A DNA stretch of 64,000 nt from Octopus vulgaris (GCA_951406725.2 OX597832.1:33294001-33358000), one strand, 5' to 3'. Shown: positions 27,151 through 41,302, counted from the first letter of the stretch. The notes: a model not told the origin generated them from the letters alone. Program-made: numbers and translations.

Positions 27151-27849
27151 AAGAAATCATCCAAACCATTCTTCCCTGGTGCTCTCACTGATCTCCAGCG
27201 CATTACTATTATAGTTAATTCGTGAAATATTTACAAGTCTAGTAAATTCTTGAGAGATGGTCAGACCATTAAATCTTTGCTAGTATTTTATCTTTTTACC
27301 CTGGAGAGTTCAAAGAAAAAATTGGCTTCAGTGGAATTCGGACATAGTTGACAGATCACCGCAAAAATTCTACATCGAGATAGTTGTGCCATGTTGTAAC
27401 GATTCAGCTAATACACCGTCTAATGATTATATTTTTTTCGTTCAACCACACTGTTGGCTTCCATATCATTTTCTACTACTACATCGCAGACTTTAGACAT
27501 GAGTAATTTATCCTTTGCTTACTGATGTATGACTTGAATTATTCCATTTTGAAATCTTTAAACTGACGTGAAAATGTAACGATGCACAGCTTTCTCTTCT
27601 TTTTGTTGTTTGCCGCTCACACCAGTGGCATTATTTTCACCGTTATTGTTGTACTTGATATTGAAGCTGTCCGTGTTGAGCTTAATATGAGCGCAGACTA
27701 TATATACCCATATCGAAAGATTTTCCAGCCGTTCGCAAGCCGTGTTTTTATTCAGACACAAAACGAACCGGATTAGACTACTTAATGACTCTGTTTTTTT
27801 AAATAAGATGTAGCCTAATAGGAGGAAGATTTAGGTACCATTTGTTGCA

Positions 27850-28320
27850 AAGTTGCAAAGCATGGAGAGTCTGGCAACTCATCACAGCTCTTTGGATTCG
27901 CCATTAACGGCATGAACCATTCTCTACCAAGCAGAGTCAATGTGTTCTGTATCGTTAATAAGATTATGTTAAGATCAAGTGCTGATGAGATAGCGAGGGA
28001 GTTTATTAATTACTTACACACTGTCTCCCATCTCCGATATTTGAATATGTTATAAAGAATAACTGTTCAGTTAAGGAACCCGGAAATCGTCATGGAAGAG
28101 ATTTGTCTGACACACCTTTGAGAAGTCAAACCTTTGATCTCTCAATTCACCTCCCAATCATATTGTTTTTGTTATTTAATCCCATCTCTTTCTTATAGAC
28201 ACTTCTCTATATAACAGTGCGTAGGAAGACTGCATCTATGAGATTTTTTGTCGTCACCAAGTTTGTGCTTAATTTATCTTATAACCGTAACCCAAGTTTA
28301 GTGTACGTCAGCAAATTTAA
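27850..28320 (-). mobile_element. Very degenerate LINE reverse-transcriptase remnant
   Basis: Minus-strand pieces DFSKV, GSLTEQLFFITYSN, IQNTL...EWFMP occur in the order of DFSKAFD, GS.LGP.LF.IY.ND, LQ.DL...W.M.FN. Confidence 0.35.
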
Positions 28321-29993
28321 GAATAACACATTATAGCTTGAATATATAAAAACTATTCCCGTTACTTTTTGAATAGTGGGATTTTTAAGATTAAACTTAA
28401 ACGACGGTTATCATCAATTGATGCTTCAAAAATTATTCACGGATTCCGCCATCATCAACGAAAAGGAGAATAGTTTATGGTAAATGTTATTGTCCGAGAG
28501 TCTAACAATTATTATAGGTTTTGTACTAATTTAAAGTGAAAATAAGAGATATTTTTCGTTTGTATTTGTCCGTTTAATGCTGCTATTGATGCAAAAGTTG
28601 GCCTCTGTTTAAGGTGTAAAAGACGTTGTCATATGTGGTATAATCCAAGTATAATCCAAAACATTTAATCCGTTATCATCTTTTCATATTAGTTAATCCT
28701 GTATCACATTATCGAATAACTGCAGGAATTGATGAAAAAAGAAGCTTACGTGGACAAAATCTTTAGTTTGTTGAGACAATAAGAGTTAATGCTCTTATTT
28801 AATCTCTGACTATGCAGGAATGAAAGATGAAATCAGCCTAAGCGATATCTGAACTGCCAACACAGTAACAATATAGCAAGTTAAAAAATAAAGCATTTAA
28901 TTTAGATGTAGGAAAGTAAACATGTCCGTAGTAATTGAACTTAAAACCTCTCTGCTAAAACCCCTCAATGCTAAAATATGTGTTGTTTAAGAGCTTTTAG
29001 CGATCCGTTATAGAATAGCAAGAAACTAAACAAATGACTATATTACATTATAATGTGGAATGGTAGAGTGAAAACAAAGGGGAAAACATGGTTAAAAAAT
29101 AATATAAAACACCAATACTAAAGAATAAAAACAAAAGAAATACAATGTAAAACAAAAGCAAAGAAAACAATTGAGATTTTCTGAAGAACGAGGAAAGATG
29201 AAAACATTGCATGATTCGAATCAATTCTGTCACCGATATTTATGTATATTTTGTTCGGTTTCTTTTACTTTGCAACACGACAGCGGCGATAGAACGAACG
29301 TTTCGCCACAACCAGAAACGTTTTATATTTGTAACATTTTTATTCAAACAGTATAAATATTTCAAACCTTAATCAACTATATTTCTTTCTTTCTTTTTGG
29401 TGTTGTTGGCTTCGTTTTTGTTCCATTATTTATGTGTGTTGTGTGTGTTGCTTCGTGTTCTTTTTGCTGTTGCCTTTCCTTCTCTCTTTGCAGAGTACAT
29501 GTGTCCGCTGTCATTTACATTGATGGGTATCTTGCCGCTTCCCGTACGAGACATTTAGGAAAGTTTTCCTTGAATCAGCGTTAATGCAGATAATAAATTA
29601 TGAAACATCGGAAAACAGTTTCACTCTCAGTCTATTGTTTGTTGCCATTGGATGCAAGTTTGTTGCACGTTTACTGAAGTATTTATAATTTAAAATTGGG
29701 ATTGTGTTGATAATATCAACAATGCTAATAAACAAATTAGCCGGAAGGGCTCGAGGGATACAAAAGTAGACAAAGAAGCATTTACAGGTTAGTTTACAAA
29801 CACGTTTGCAGTTGGAGATTATGTTACACGATGATGGTGAAGGGAACAACAGGTGTAATTCGATTTATAATTGGACGAATCAAAAATTCAGAAGCAAAAA
29901 ATATGTGCAATGCAAACATGTAAATACATATATTTGATAAGAGAGAGAATAATTAAAACACGATATTTATCTCAAAATTAAAATGTTGACATA

Positions 29994-30030
29994 CATTGCA
30001 CAACGCGAACGCGTCTTGCGTTGTGCAATG
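29994..30030. other. Perfect 13-bp stem hairpin
   Basis: CATTGCACAACGC-gaacgcgtctt-GCGTTGTGCAATG. Confidence 0.85.
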
Positions 30031-30254
30031 CATTTCAAAATCCGGTTCATAATTCTACCGATAGACGCTGCAGATTCTAAATAATTTCTTGAGGAGTTCT
30101 TGCGCTGTCGTGGACAAATGAGACGCTACCCCTTCTGCAGAATTCAAGTATAAGGCTCCTTAATGTCTAAGATACGAATTAGTAGTGTGGAAATATAAAG
30201 CTTTATATAAATTTATGCAATCTCGTTTACGATCCGCTGTACATTGGATTTTTT

Positions 30255-30400
30255 CTTTCATCCGTTTCAGTCATTGGAGTGTGACCATGCTGGGGCACTA
30301 CATTGAAGGGCTTACTTGAACAAATCGAAGACAGTATACTATTTTAATGCTTGATTCTTTATCGGTCTCTTTTGTAGAACACTTAAATTATGGAGACATT
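30255..30400 (-). mobile_element. Old SINE family A 3' fragment
   Basis: gtttcagtcattggagtgtgaccatgctggggcact...tatcggtctcttttg. Confidence 0.65.
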
Positions 30401-30666
30401 CCCAAATATAAATACATGCAAAAGAAAACACACGTACACACACAAATATATATATATACATATATACGGTTGAAAAGTCACAATGATTGAAAGCTGTACT
30501 GAAATGCTTTTTATAAAATTATTTTAGCATTTTCTACCTTAACTTGTTTTTCCATATATATCAACTCGAGTGTTCCTTTTCAACCATCTACATACACACA
30601 CAACACACACAACACACTCACACACACACACACACCCATATGTATGTATGTATGTATGTATACATG

Positions 30667-30759
<93 letters not shown>

Positions 30760-32051
30760 TGCACGCAATACTAGAAGTTATTGTTAAATCTATCTAGAAT
30801 ACACACTCTGAGTAAAGCATGGTGTAATTGGAAAGTTTTGTTAAATGACAGAAATGGCTTATCAAATAACGTACAAGTCTACGTGTACTTTATTATATAT
30901 AAATCGGGATAACAGATGTAATTTAACACTTTGTACCATTGTTCCTGTTATCAGTGTGTCTATGAATAGTTGTTCTTGAAATACAACCGCCAAAATTGAA
31001 ATGTACAGGCTGATATCTCAAATTGTGTCTACAGAGACATTGTATGTACAGACAGTGTGTAATATATACATTGTCGGTTTGATTGATATTAAGATTATAG
31101 CTAAGGAACAAAACAAGAGAAGCGCAATATAAATTTCTAAAAAGACCCAGCCGAATGCGTTTTAGCATGCAAATCGGTCAATTCGACTTATGTTAGCCAT
31201 TGTTATTCTAAGTCATTTAACAAATGAATCTGTGGCGACTCAAAGAGGCTACTCGGTCGCTTGTAAGTCTCCCAACACTCTAGTCACCCAGATCAATTAC
31301 TTTCTTTTTCGCTCTCTCTCTCTTTCTTTTCTCTCTCTTTCCTACTCCTTCTCTCTCTCTGTTTCTCTTTCTCTCTTTCTCTCTCTCTATATATATATAT
31401 ATAGAGAGAGAGAGAGAAAGAAAGAGACAGACGGACAGGCAGAGAAAGAGAAAGTGAGGGAGAGTGACAGAGATGCAAACAGACAGACAGACAGACACAG
31501 AAAGTATGAGAAAATTATTACATTTATCTGCTGTCCAAGACACATGCTGTGTGTGATATATACACGTGTGTGTATACACACACATACATATACACATACA
31601 GACACATACAAATACACGCAGGACACACAACACGCACACACTCACACTCACTCACATATGTATATATATTTGCAAAATGGTGATCTCGCTTAGAAAAATG
31701 TGATTCGTACGTTACTTTGTACATTAATAAATGCATAACGGATAGAGATAGGGCGAAAGGCAGGATAAAGTATATACTGGCAGACAGATGGAGCGAGATA
31801 TATAGATATATGGATAGATAGAGTGACATAAAGATTAATTTATTGTGAAAAAAGGTCATGCAGTTAAAATAAAAATAGAGAAACAAAAATATAAGATGTG
31901 ATAAATGTGAATGGAAAATTGGATTCAACTGCCCACGCCACACTCCACCTTTTTTATCTTGATTTAATTTTATTAGTTTTCCAAACCGAAAAAGAGAAGA
32001 AAGACAACATATATCGGAAATGAAATCTAAAAGAAAATTGTAACAGGAATG

Positions 32052-32052
32052 A

Positions 32053-32111
<59 letters not shown>

Positions 32112-32152
32112 TAATAATGATGAGGATGTTGATGATGATGATTATGATGATG

Positions 32153-32207
<55 letters not shown>
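32052..32207. repeat. (TAA)n/(TGA)n array
   Basis: Directly visible. Confidence 0.95.
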
Positions 32208-32703
32208 GGATAACGATAAAAGAGAGAAAATTGATAAATATTGTGGAAAATTCTTAGAGGAATTAGAATGAATGAAAAATAGAAAAGCGGTTCTATAGTG
32301 CCAATGCATATCTTTTTGGCAGCACAAGTTATGTTAAACATTGTTCCACAATAACGCATATCAACAACGCCAATACCATTGCAACATATAGATTCCTGAT
32401 CGATTTCGCCATTGTATTCGCTTGTTCGAAGTTCGTCAAATATCAGGATAAAAAGAAACTGATAACATTTTATCCATTCGCTTGTTGCTGTTGTTCTTCG
32501 TTTTATAACATCATTTTTATTAGTAATATTCTTCGTGTTCTTGTTGTTGCTTCCCTCTTGTTATTCGTCATTAGTTTCGCATCGAGATTTTGTCTCTACA
32601 TTCATATTTATTTACAGGCGTATTTTGCTATACCAGCATCATTTCCATCTTCCCGACACTTCTTTCACTCTCTGGTTTACTTCTCTCTTTCTCTCTCTAT
32701 CTC

Positions 32704-32756
<53 letters not shown>

Positions 32757-32816
32757 TAGAGAGAGAGAGATGCATACACATACATATATGTATACATACG
32801 TACGCACTTACACACG

Positions 32817-32878
<62 letters not shown>

Positions 32879-33261
32879 CATGTACATATATATAGTGCGT
32901 CCCTTCTCTTCCCTAATCTATTTGTCCATATCTTTTACACAAACTACATCTACTCATAGATACGTACTTACAAACTTACACGCAATTTATTCCGCCATCT
33001 TGTTCCACTACCACCACCAAGACCGTTAAACTTTCCAAATCTTCCATTGTATTTCTCAGTCGATCCTAAACTCATTTCGTAATCTTGTTATCAGTTTCCT
33101 CGTATTCACTACATTTTGTTTCATGTGTTGAAAACGGCAGCGTGGTTGCCCAAGTTGGACACCTCTGCTTACAGTGTTTAGACTGGTTCTTCAAAACTCT
33201 GATGTCACGCCGTTCCCAGAACCATTGTCAGCGCCATAGCAATGAAGAGACAGACGCTTTT

Positions 33262-33463
33262 CTTTTTATCTTTTATATGTTTCAGTCATTAGAAAGCGGT
33301 CATGCTGGAGCACCACCTTGAAGATTCTTAGTCTAACGTGTCGACCCCAGTACTTATTTTTAAGCATGTTGCCCATTTTAAAGGCCTCTTTTGACTAACT
33401 GCTCGGTTACGAGGACATAAACACACCAACACCACTTGTCAAGCAGTGGCGAAGGACAAACAC
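33262..33463 (-). mobile_element. SINE family A 3' half
   Basis: gtttcagtcatt...catgctggagcaccacc...gtcgaccccagtactta...ggacataaacacacc...gtcaagc. Confidence 0.75.
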
Positions 33464-33488
33464 TGCACCCTCTTATATTTACATACAT

Positions 33489-33573
<85 letters not shown>

Positions 33574-33574
33574 A

Positions 33575-33763
33575 ATGTGACCGCGTGTGTACCGTTGGCG
33601 ATTTTTTCCCTCTGTCTTCCCTTCTCCTATGTTTCCGACGAAGAGCTCCGCTCGAACTTTAAACCCTCCTTCTGTCCTTCTTTCCTGAGCGTCCAATAAT
33701 ACTATATTTGTTACACGTCCTCGCGTTGTTGTGTTTTTTTTGTGCTTTCATGTTTGGATTAAC

Positions 33764-33770
<7 letters not shown>
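33575..33770 (+). mobile_element. Short hammerhead-bearing repeat family H, copy 2
   Basis: Closely matches the reverse complement of 50410-50601. Flanked by (TA)n on both sides. Motif GTTT CCGACGA A GAGC TCC GCTC GAACTTT AAAC at 33631-33664. Confidence 0.8.
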
Positions 33771-33794
<24 letters not shown>

Positions 33795-33807
33795 CATGTA
33801 TATATAT

Positions 33808-34474
33808 AGTAAAAATGGAGGTAGATATAGGATAGAAGTAAATCTACGAATTTCAATTTAAGGAGGAATTTAATAAAAATAATTTTGAAAATTATTTCAG
33901 GGAAATATTATCGGTTTCGATAACAAATCTCATCTTATCAAGCGTCAGAAAAAATTTATAAAAATTTGAAGTAAGAACAGTTTATCTTCTGTCTGGGGGT
34001 CAAAAACATTTCTGGAAATTTTTCGCTGAAGCCATTTTTGAATATACTTTGCTATAGAATTCAAAGTGTTAGAGAGTAAGAGAGAGTGTGTAGTTGTCTA
34101 TTGTCGAAAGGAAATCTGTTTGGGTTCCTGCCAAGGGAGTGGCTTAAAAGGATTTAGTGAATGAAACCCAAAAAGATTTATTTTAGACAAAAGACAACTA
34201 CACCCTCCTCTTAATCTCTAACACCTTGAAATCTATACGAAACTATATTTAAAGAAGACTTCAACGAAACATCTCCAGACATGTTCTTGATCCCCAGAGA
34301 GAAGATAGACTGCCTCCATTTTGAATTTTTATAAATTTTTACTGATATGCGATAAGATGAGATTCACCATCGAAACCGTTCTTTATATAATTTTTTAATA
34401 ATTTTTATTAAATATTTCTGAAATCGAAATGCCTTAGATTTAATTCTGTCCTATCTCCACCTTCATCTTTTACT
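33808..34474. mobile_element. Old fold-back element, ~320-bp diverged inverted arms; Penelope-like 3' ends pointing outward
   Basis: 33808-34127 aligns with the reverse complement of 34164-34474 (e.g. tcggtttcgat..atctcatcttatc / gataagatgagat..atcgaaaccg). The right arm reads DKRQLHPPLNL*, like the P.LN end of Penelope endonucleases. Each arm has a decayed CTGA...GAAACCG motif. Confidence 0.7.
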
Positions 34475-34516
34475 TATAAAACTTTGATTTGTATAGTCCT
34501 CTAATCGTTTTTCAAC

Positions 34517-34551
<35 letters not shown>

Positions 34552-34553
34552 TT

Positions 34554-34833
34554 GGAGGCGCACTGGCCCAGTGGTTAGGGCAGCGGACTCGCGGTCGTAG
34601 GATCGCGGTATCGATTCCCAGACCGGGTGTTGTGAGTGTTTATTGAGCGAAAACACCTAAAGTCCCACGAGGTTCCGGCAGGGTGTGGTGGCAATCCCTG
34701 CCACAACTTTCTCTCATTCTTTGTTTTGTTGGCCTGCTCGCTTAGCCAGCAGGGTGGCGTCATTTGAATACTAAAACAATGCATTGTGACCAGCGATGTG
34801 TAGCAACATCTGAATGCCTGGTCGGTCACGTGA
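34554..34833 (+). mobile_element. tRNA-derived SINE family C
   Basis: A-box TGGCCCAGTGG and B-box-like GGTATCGATTCCC, followed by a ~200-bp non-tRNA body; no complete acceptor stem. Confidence 0.8.
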
Positions 34834-35559
34834 TCTCGGTGATATATATATATAACAGAAAAGAAGATGACAAAGAGAATTGTTTAACATATCTTTAATT
34901 ACAACTTGCGATTGTTTGTGTACCATTTCTATTTGCAACGCCAGTTTACGCAAAAGTTCTAAATGAAAATGACGTAATATCTGTGGTTTTAGACATCAGA
35001 AAGACTCAGATTTGCATCGAAGGTGAGTTGTTAGTATCTACGTCCTTCGCACCTTTTAGGTAGGAACATATCGCGAGAGAATAAAAGAAGAAAAGAGATT
35101 AAAAGTGTGGATATGGGATGAGAAATTGGGGTTGATATGTATAATACCGGAAGTATGAAGGACAAAATTGTTCATGGTTTGATTTGAATTCAGAAGTTGA
35201 AGATCCTTACATATGCACCATCAGGCATTTTGATCAACGCACCAGAGATTCCACCATTCCACTTTGTTCGCTTTTTCATACGCTCGATATAATCCTTGTA
35301 AGTTCGAGTTTGCTTCTTTCTTTCTTTCTTTCTTTTCCAACGTTAGATTCATGAAATTATGGAGATGATTTTTCCAGAAACGTTTGTCATCAAGGGACGA
35401 AATAATATATATGTATTGAAATACATATATATTACACTGTTCTGTGTATTGATGTTGTACATCAACCAATCTTACTGTAAAATATCGATTTCCTTTGATA
35501 AATCTCTCAGATTTTGTCTGAAAAACTGCATTTCTGTCGAACGAATCAGTATAGCAAAA

Positions 35560-35720
35560 TATTTATTGATTTTTAACGCAAGCACAAAGCAGCACATTTA
35601 AAAGAGGAAAGGTGATCGATTAAATCGACCCCAGTATGTGGCTGGTAGAATGTTTTATCAGCTCCGGATAAAAAAAACAACAAAAGAACTGATCGATGGA
35701 ATTTGAACTCTGAAAGAACA
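35560..35720 (-). mobile_element. Old SINE family B fragment
   Basis: tcgattaaatcgaccccagta...tttatcagctccgga...ggaatttgaactctgaa. Confidence 0.5.
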
Positions 35721-35884
35721 ACTCCGTTAATAAATATTTGAAAAAGAATTTGAACGATGTTACCAAAAATTCCATTGGCTGTAGAAGTAAGGTTGAGGCC
35801 ATAGTTTACAGATATTGCATGTTTTAATCTCACGTACTGAGAAGGCTCAATTCTTACATTTGCATCTGTGGTCGTCGTCATCAT

Positions 35885-36130
35885 CATTAGTGCTTTTCCA
35901 TCCTCCTGTATAACTTTAATTGGTACATACTCATACCAGCTCTCAGTTACTTCATATTGGTATTTATGACATAAGAGCCAATGAAGACGCACAAGCTTTA
36001 TCGTGGTGGCATTTGTATTCTTTTTGTGTAAAGCTCTCACATCCACTTACCAAGTGGGTCACATTTTCCACAATCTTTCCACAGAGTCTGCATTTCTTGA
36101 TGTCAGAAGTTTTAAAGATGTTATACTTCA
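35885..36130 (-). mobile_element. Old R4/Dong-type LINE fragment (CCHC zinc-knuckle region)
   Basis: Minus translation KCRLCGKIVENVTHLVSGCESFTQKEYKCHHDK, then after a frameshift LHWLLCHKYQYEVTESWYEYVPIKVIQEDGK. Confidence 0.75.
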
Positions 36131-37994
36131 CGGAATTGGTGGCGAGAACGTGGTCTTTTGCAGCAATGGTCGTTTGAAATCCCAGAGTCAGAAAATGGTA
36201 AATTCAGCAGCGTAATATTATGTTCTATGACAGGCATTAGTGTTTTATTCTGAATAGTAAATTCTGATGAGAGTATTAAGAAGATTTATATTCAGTTTCA
36301 TTGATAAGGTATTAAAGAGATAACATTGAGGTTTTCCCAACATATATCCTTACCAGAAACTGAAAACAGATGAATAACACAATATCTCGATACGTTTTGA
36401 GCTGGGATCAGGACGTTTTCGATAAATGCAAAATATACCATGTTATCAGAAAAAATAGGACATTATAAAATGGTCAGGTATTATTAACAATGTCGTTAAT
36501 CTTTTTGGAAATACAAGATTTGGCTTTAAAGACGAACGGTCTCTTAAAGAACAACTTCCAGCCACAGGTATGTTGGTGTTCAACTGTTTACGGGTGCGAT
36601 GTTTCTGTTGAAGAGAAGTTCTAAAGATATTTTTAATTATAAGAGCTAATGACGGTGATGGAGAATTTGATGATGATGATGATGATGATGATGATAAGGG
36701 TAGTGCCGATGATGAATGATAATGACGATAACTGTGTTGATGATGTTGATGATTGGATGAAGACAGTTATGTTGATGGTGATGATGACGACGCTGATGAT
36801 GCTGATGCTGATGCTGATGATGGTAATGATGATGATGATTTTGGTGAATCAATCTAGAAATTTATATAGATGAATACATTTTCATATTTATTGCAACAGA
36901 AAATATGCTGAAAATTTTAATGACTGAAAAGTAATTTTCACCAATTCCGCCATAATTTTTCGCTTTACTAAATTCGTTTTAATTTTTTTCGCTATGTTTG
37001 CACATTTTCTGATTTTTGTTTTTCTCTGGTGACGTAACACATATTTATCTTTCATTAATATATTTTTCAATTTTCTCTTAAACATTTGTAAAATCTTTAT
37101 TATTGTTAGATTTTCCGCAAGTTTATTTTTTGAAAAGAATTTCTGATATGGAATTGAATTTTGGTGGCATCATTCCAAACCATTGAGATCTATCTATCAC
37201 TTCTTTCAGTGATTTAGCCAGAATTTTGGCTCAAAACGATCTACCCTTCTCTAAAAATTTGTTGGCTCCCATATTCAGTAAAAGAAAACATTGATGGCTA
37301 TGACCTATTTCTGACTCGCCTCGCCAATACTCGGTTTTAGGCGCCATGCCTGAGCGAGGTAGTTCGGTCGATTGTTTTCAACGATTGCGCCAGGTGGGGA
37401 AATGCTTTATTCAGTAACTTTCGTACACAGTGAATGTGAGGAAGCCCGGCGCATGTGTGTGAATACATTTTATATGTATGTATATATGTATGTAGATATA
37501 TATATATATATATATACATACATATACACGCACACACGCACACACACACAGATACACACACACACACGCACGCATATATATTTTTCTCACTCTGCTCCTC
37601 ACTTAGGCTCTATCACTACATACCTGACACTCCTTTACTATTTACCATCTCATCTTTACTATTTACCATCTCGTATATCTTTCTCTCTCTATCACCCTCA
37701 CCACCCCATTCCTTCTATCGATTCCTTCTATCTTGACTGACCCTAACCACTACATTTCCCCTCTCTTTATTATCTCTCTCCACGTCTTACTTTTTTTTAT
37801 CTTTTTCCCTTACTTTTTTCTACTCTTTCTGTTTTTGATGTGACCTGACAAACACATTCCCAACTTTTAAGTCACTTCAAAAAAAAAAAAAAAAACTCGA
37901 TTCAGTAACTCCGTTCACAAACTCTATGCTTGGAATGGCCAGTTTTAAATACTATTGCAACTTAATCACAAGGTATAGGAATCTTATACGTATA

Positions 37995-38156
37995 GATGCA
38001 GGAGTGGCCATGTGGTAAGTAGCTTGATTACAAACCACATGGTTCCGGTGTCAGTACTAGTGCCTGGCATCTTAGGAAAGTGTCTTCTACTATAGCCTCG
38101 GGCCGACCAAAGCCTTGTGAGTGGATTTGGTAGACGGAAACTGAAAGAAGCCTGTC

Positions 38157-38234
<78 letters not shown>

Positions 38235-38440
38235 CTGTGTGTGTGTGTGTTTGTCCCCACAACATCGCTTGAAAACCGATGCTGGTGTGTTTGCGTCACC
38301 GTAACTTAGCGGTTCGACAAAAAGCACGATAAAGTATGTACTAGGCTTACAAAGAATAAGTCCTGGGATCTATTTCCTCGACTAAAGGTGGTGCTCCAGC
38401 ATGGCCGCAGTCAAATGACTGAAACAAGCAAAAGAGTAAA
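37995..38440 (+). mobile_element. Full-length tRNA-derived SINE family A
   Basis: Collinear with 16136-16552; internal (TA)n(TG)n at 38158-38252; conserved 3' stem-loop tail. Confidence 0.9.
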
Positions 38441-38587
38441 TGAAATATAAGAGTATACAATTCTGCCAAAACAATGGAGGGAAGATACAATATCCCTGCA
38501 TATCTCACGTCTATTTTCATTCCTCCACTTCACTCTCTATTTCATATCTTATCTAGAATAACTATTGCTAAACCATTTTCTCACACC

Positions 38588-38635
38588 GTCTCTGATGACG
38601 GGATGTATAAAATATCCTGGAAATATCTGTAAGAC
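38588..38635 (+). ncRNA. Minimal type-I hammerhead ribozyme motif with intact core
   Basis: Stem I GTCT/AGAC; CTGATGA 38592-38598; 8-bp stem II CGGGATGT/ATATCCTG; GAAA 38620-38623; short stem III ATATCTGT; GTA cleavage triplet 38629-38631. Confidence 0.8.
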
Positions 38636-38697
38636 CTATTTATAAATGTCCTGAAATCTTTCACAGCCTTGGAATTTTATCTCATTCTGTTAATTTT

Positions 38698-38798
<101 letters not shown>

Positions 38799-38821
38799 AT
38801 ACATATATTATATATATATAC

Positions 38822-38858
<37 letters not shown>

Positions 38859-39961
38859 CCAGCAGGAGATGAGAAGCAATGACTTGGCTACCTCTGTTGA
38901 AGGCTGTTACAGTACAGGGTGGAAACACCCGGTGAACGTTGGATGCCGTCTGATGATATCAGTTCCAACGGTCAAAATGCCCTATACACTTTTTTATTTG
39001 GAAAAAGCTATTCCTTCTAAGTGTTATATGCATATAACTATATATATATATGCATATATATACGCAGTCATATTCACATATATAGGTAAGTATTTATATA
39101 TATATATACATATATGTGTGCGTGTGTTTATATTTCTGTACTATATATATACATTCTTTATAGAAGACAATTCCTCATGGTCTGTAACCGCTAGAGGAAC
39201 TTTGTGCCTTTCAATGCAGTAGTTTTATTTACGCCCTCCACATGGCAATTTTCTGCTTTGAAACCCTTCACTGTGTATTCTGAAATTTGGGTGAGATACA
39301 AGACTGTATCGATATTTTGTACGTATGACATGTAACATATGCACATCACCATTCATACGTCAACCTCCATGGCGCCTTAAAGTGCTTCCATCCTTAGGAA
39401 CCCATAATGGTCCACTGGAATAATGGTACAATAACAAACAAAAGTGCCTGTTATTAGCTATGTACTGGTTGTTTTACTAATACAAGATATACTTTTTTAA
39501 AAACTCATTTGTCTACAAGCTAATGCAATATTTTTACAAGTAAAATCTATTCGTAATATGTGTGTGTGTCTGTGTGTGTGAGTCTGTGTGTGTGCCTGTG
39601 TGTGTTTGCGCCTGAGTTTGTCTGCGTGTTTTTTGTCAATATATATATATATGTGTGTGTGTGTATGTGTGTGTATGTATGTATGTATGTATGCATGCAT
39701 GTATGTATGTATGTACGTATGTATGTATGTATGAATGTATGTGTGTATGTATGAATATATGAGTGTGTGTGCATGGAAATATAATATAAATAGACTCACG
39801 TCCATGTGTGCATGTGAATATGAGAATGCGAATTCGTATATGTGTATATTTGTGAGGGAAATACGCATATGTGTATGTAGGAGTATAGGTATGTATATAC
39901 TCTCTCTCTCTCACACACACACATATAAGCATAATTATATATGCAGGTATAAATATATTAA

Positions 39962-40000
<39 letters not shown>

Positions 40001-40113
40001 ATATAATATATAACATATATATATATATATATATACATGTACATATACTTATAAACATACATATGCCCACATACGCATAGACATATGCATATATACATAT
40101 ACATACACACATG

Positions 40114-40164
<51 letters not shown>

Positions 40165-40989
40165 ATATCTACATACATGTGCATCAAGGTAGAGAGGGGT
40201 TGATGAGAGTGCTGGGGAGGGGGAAATGGATAATAATTCCACGTTCTCTCCCACAAAGACCAATCTAGTAAATGTTTTGCACTGAAATAAGCTGTAGCTA
40301 TGGATATGACATATTTCCCAGTATGGTTGGAAGACATTCTTTCTGAATCTGCTTCCCTGCTCTGCAGTCTGTATGCGAGTATATAGAATGGGCGTCGGTT
40401 TGTGTTTCATTGTATATAATATATGTGTTTCAGATTGTATAAAATGTCTGTGTACGTGTTCGCGTATGTGTACAACATTTCCAATATATCAGTATTTTTA
40501 TTTAGGCGATTTTTTTATCCAATTATAATGGCCCTGTTCGCCTTTAAATGTTCTCCACTATCATGCGCACACTGCACTACACTGTGAACGCAATGCACCC
40601 ACGCACCCACACTCTGGCACACACACACACACATACACACACATACACACACCATATCACAGTCAAAAACCGAACAGCCTTGATTTAATTTCGTATCCAT
40701 CCACATCTATAGGCAACTCACACAACCAAACCTAACCCCGATCCTACATTGCTTTGATATTTGTTTTCCACTGGCATCTGTTTGTACAGCCCACACACTT
40801 ATATACACACATGCACACACGCACAGTGACACACACACACACACACACACGTACACCAATATACGCACACATGGACAAACAAAAACACACATTTCCTAAA
40901 GGAGACATATTCTACGAAAAGAGGCATCGCTTTTACTGTTTTGTTACAAATACAAATGCACGGGCGCATACACGTTTCTGCGGGCATTT

Positions 40990-41012
40990 ATACATATAAA
41001 TACACACACACG

Positions 41013-41056
<44 letters not shown>

Positions 41057-41057
41057 G

Positions 41058-41111
<54 letters not shown>

Positions 41112-41226
41112 ATATTATGTACGTGTATATGAATATATATTTGCATACTATATATCCATATCATTCTCCATCTCTCTCTTTCCCTATATATATATATATA
41201 TATACGCATATACATACATATATATA

Positions 41227-41302
<76 letters not shown>

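Noticed and set aside
34554-34625. tRNA gene
   Set aside because: A and B boxes are present, but there is no proper acceptor stem or T-run terminator, and it continues into a SINE body.
35345-35392. TGGA..TCCA GAAAC GTTT GTC hammerhead-like 3' half
   Set aside because: No CUGANGA-like core upstream.
38888-38945. Hammerhead-like CTGTTGA...GAAACACCCGGTG
   Set aside because: Core mutated, and stems I and II do not close convincingly.
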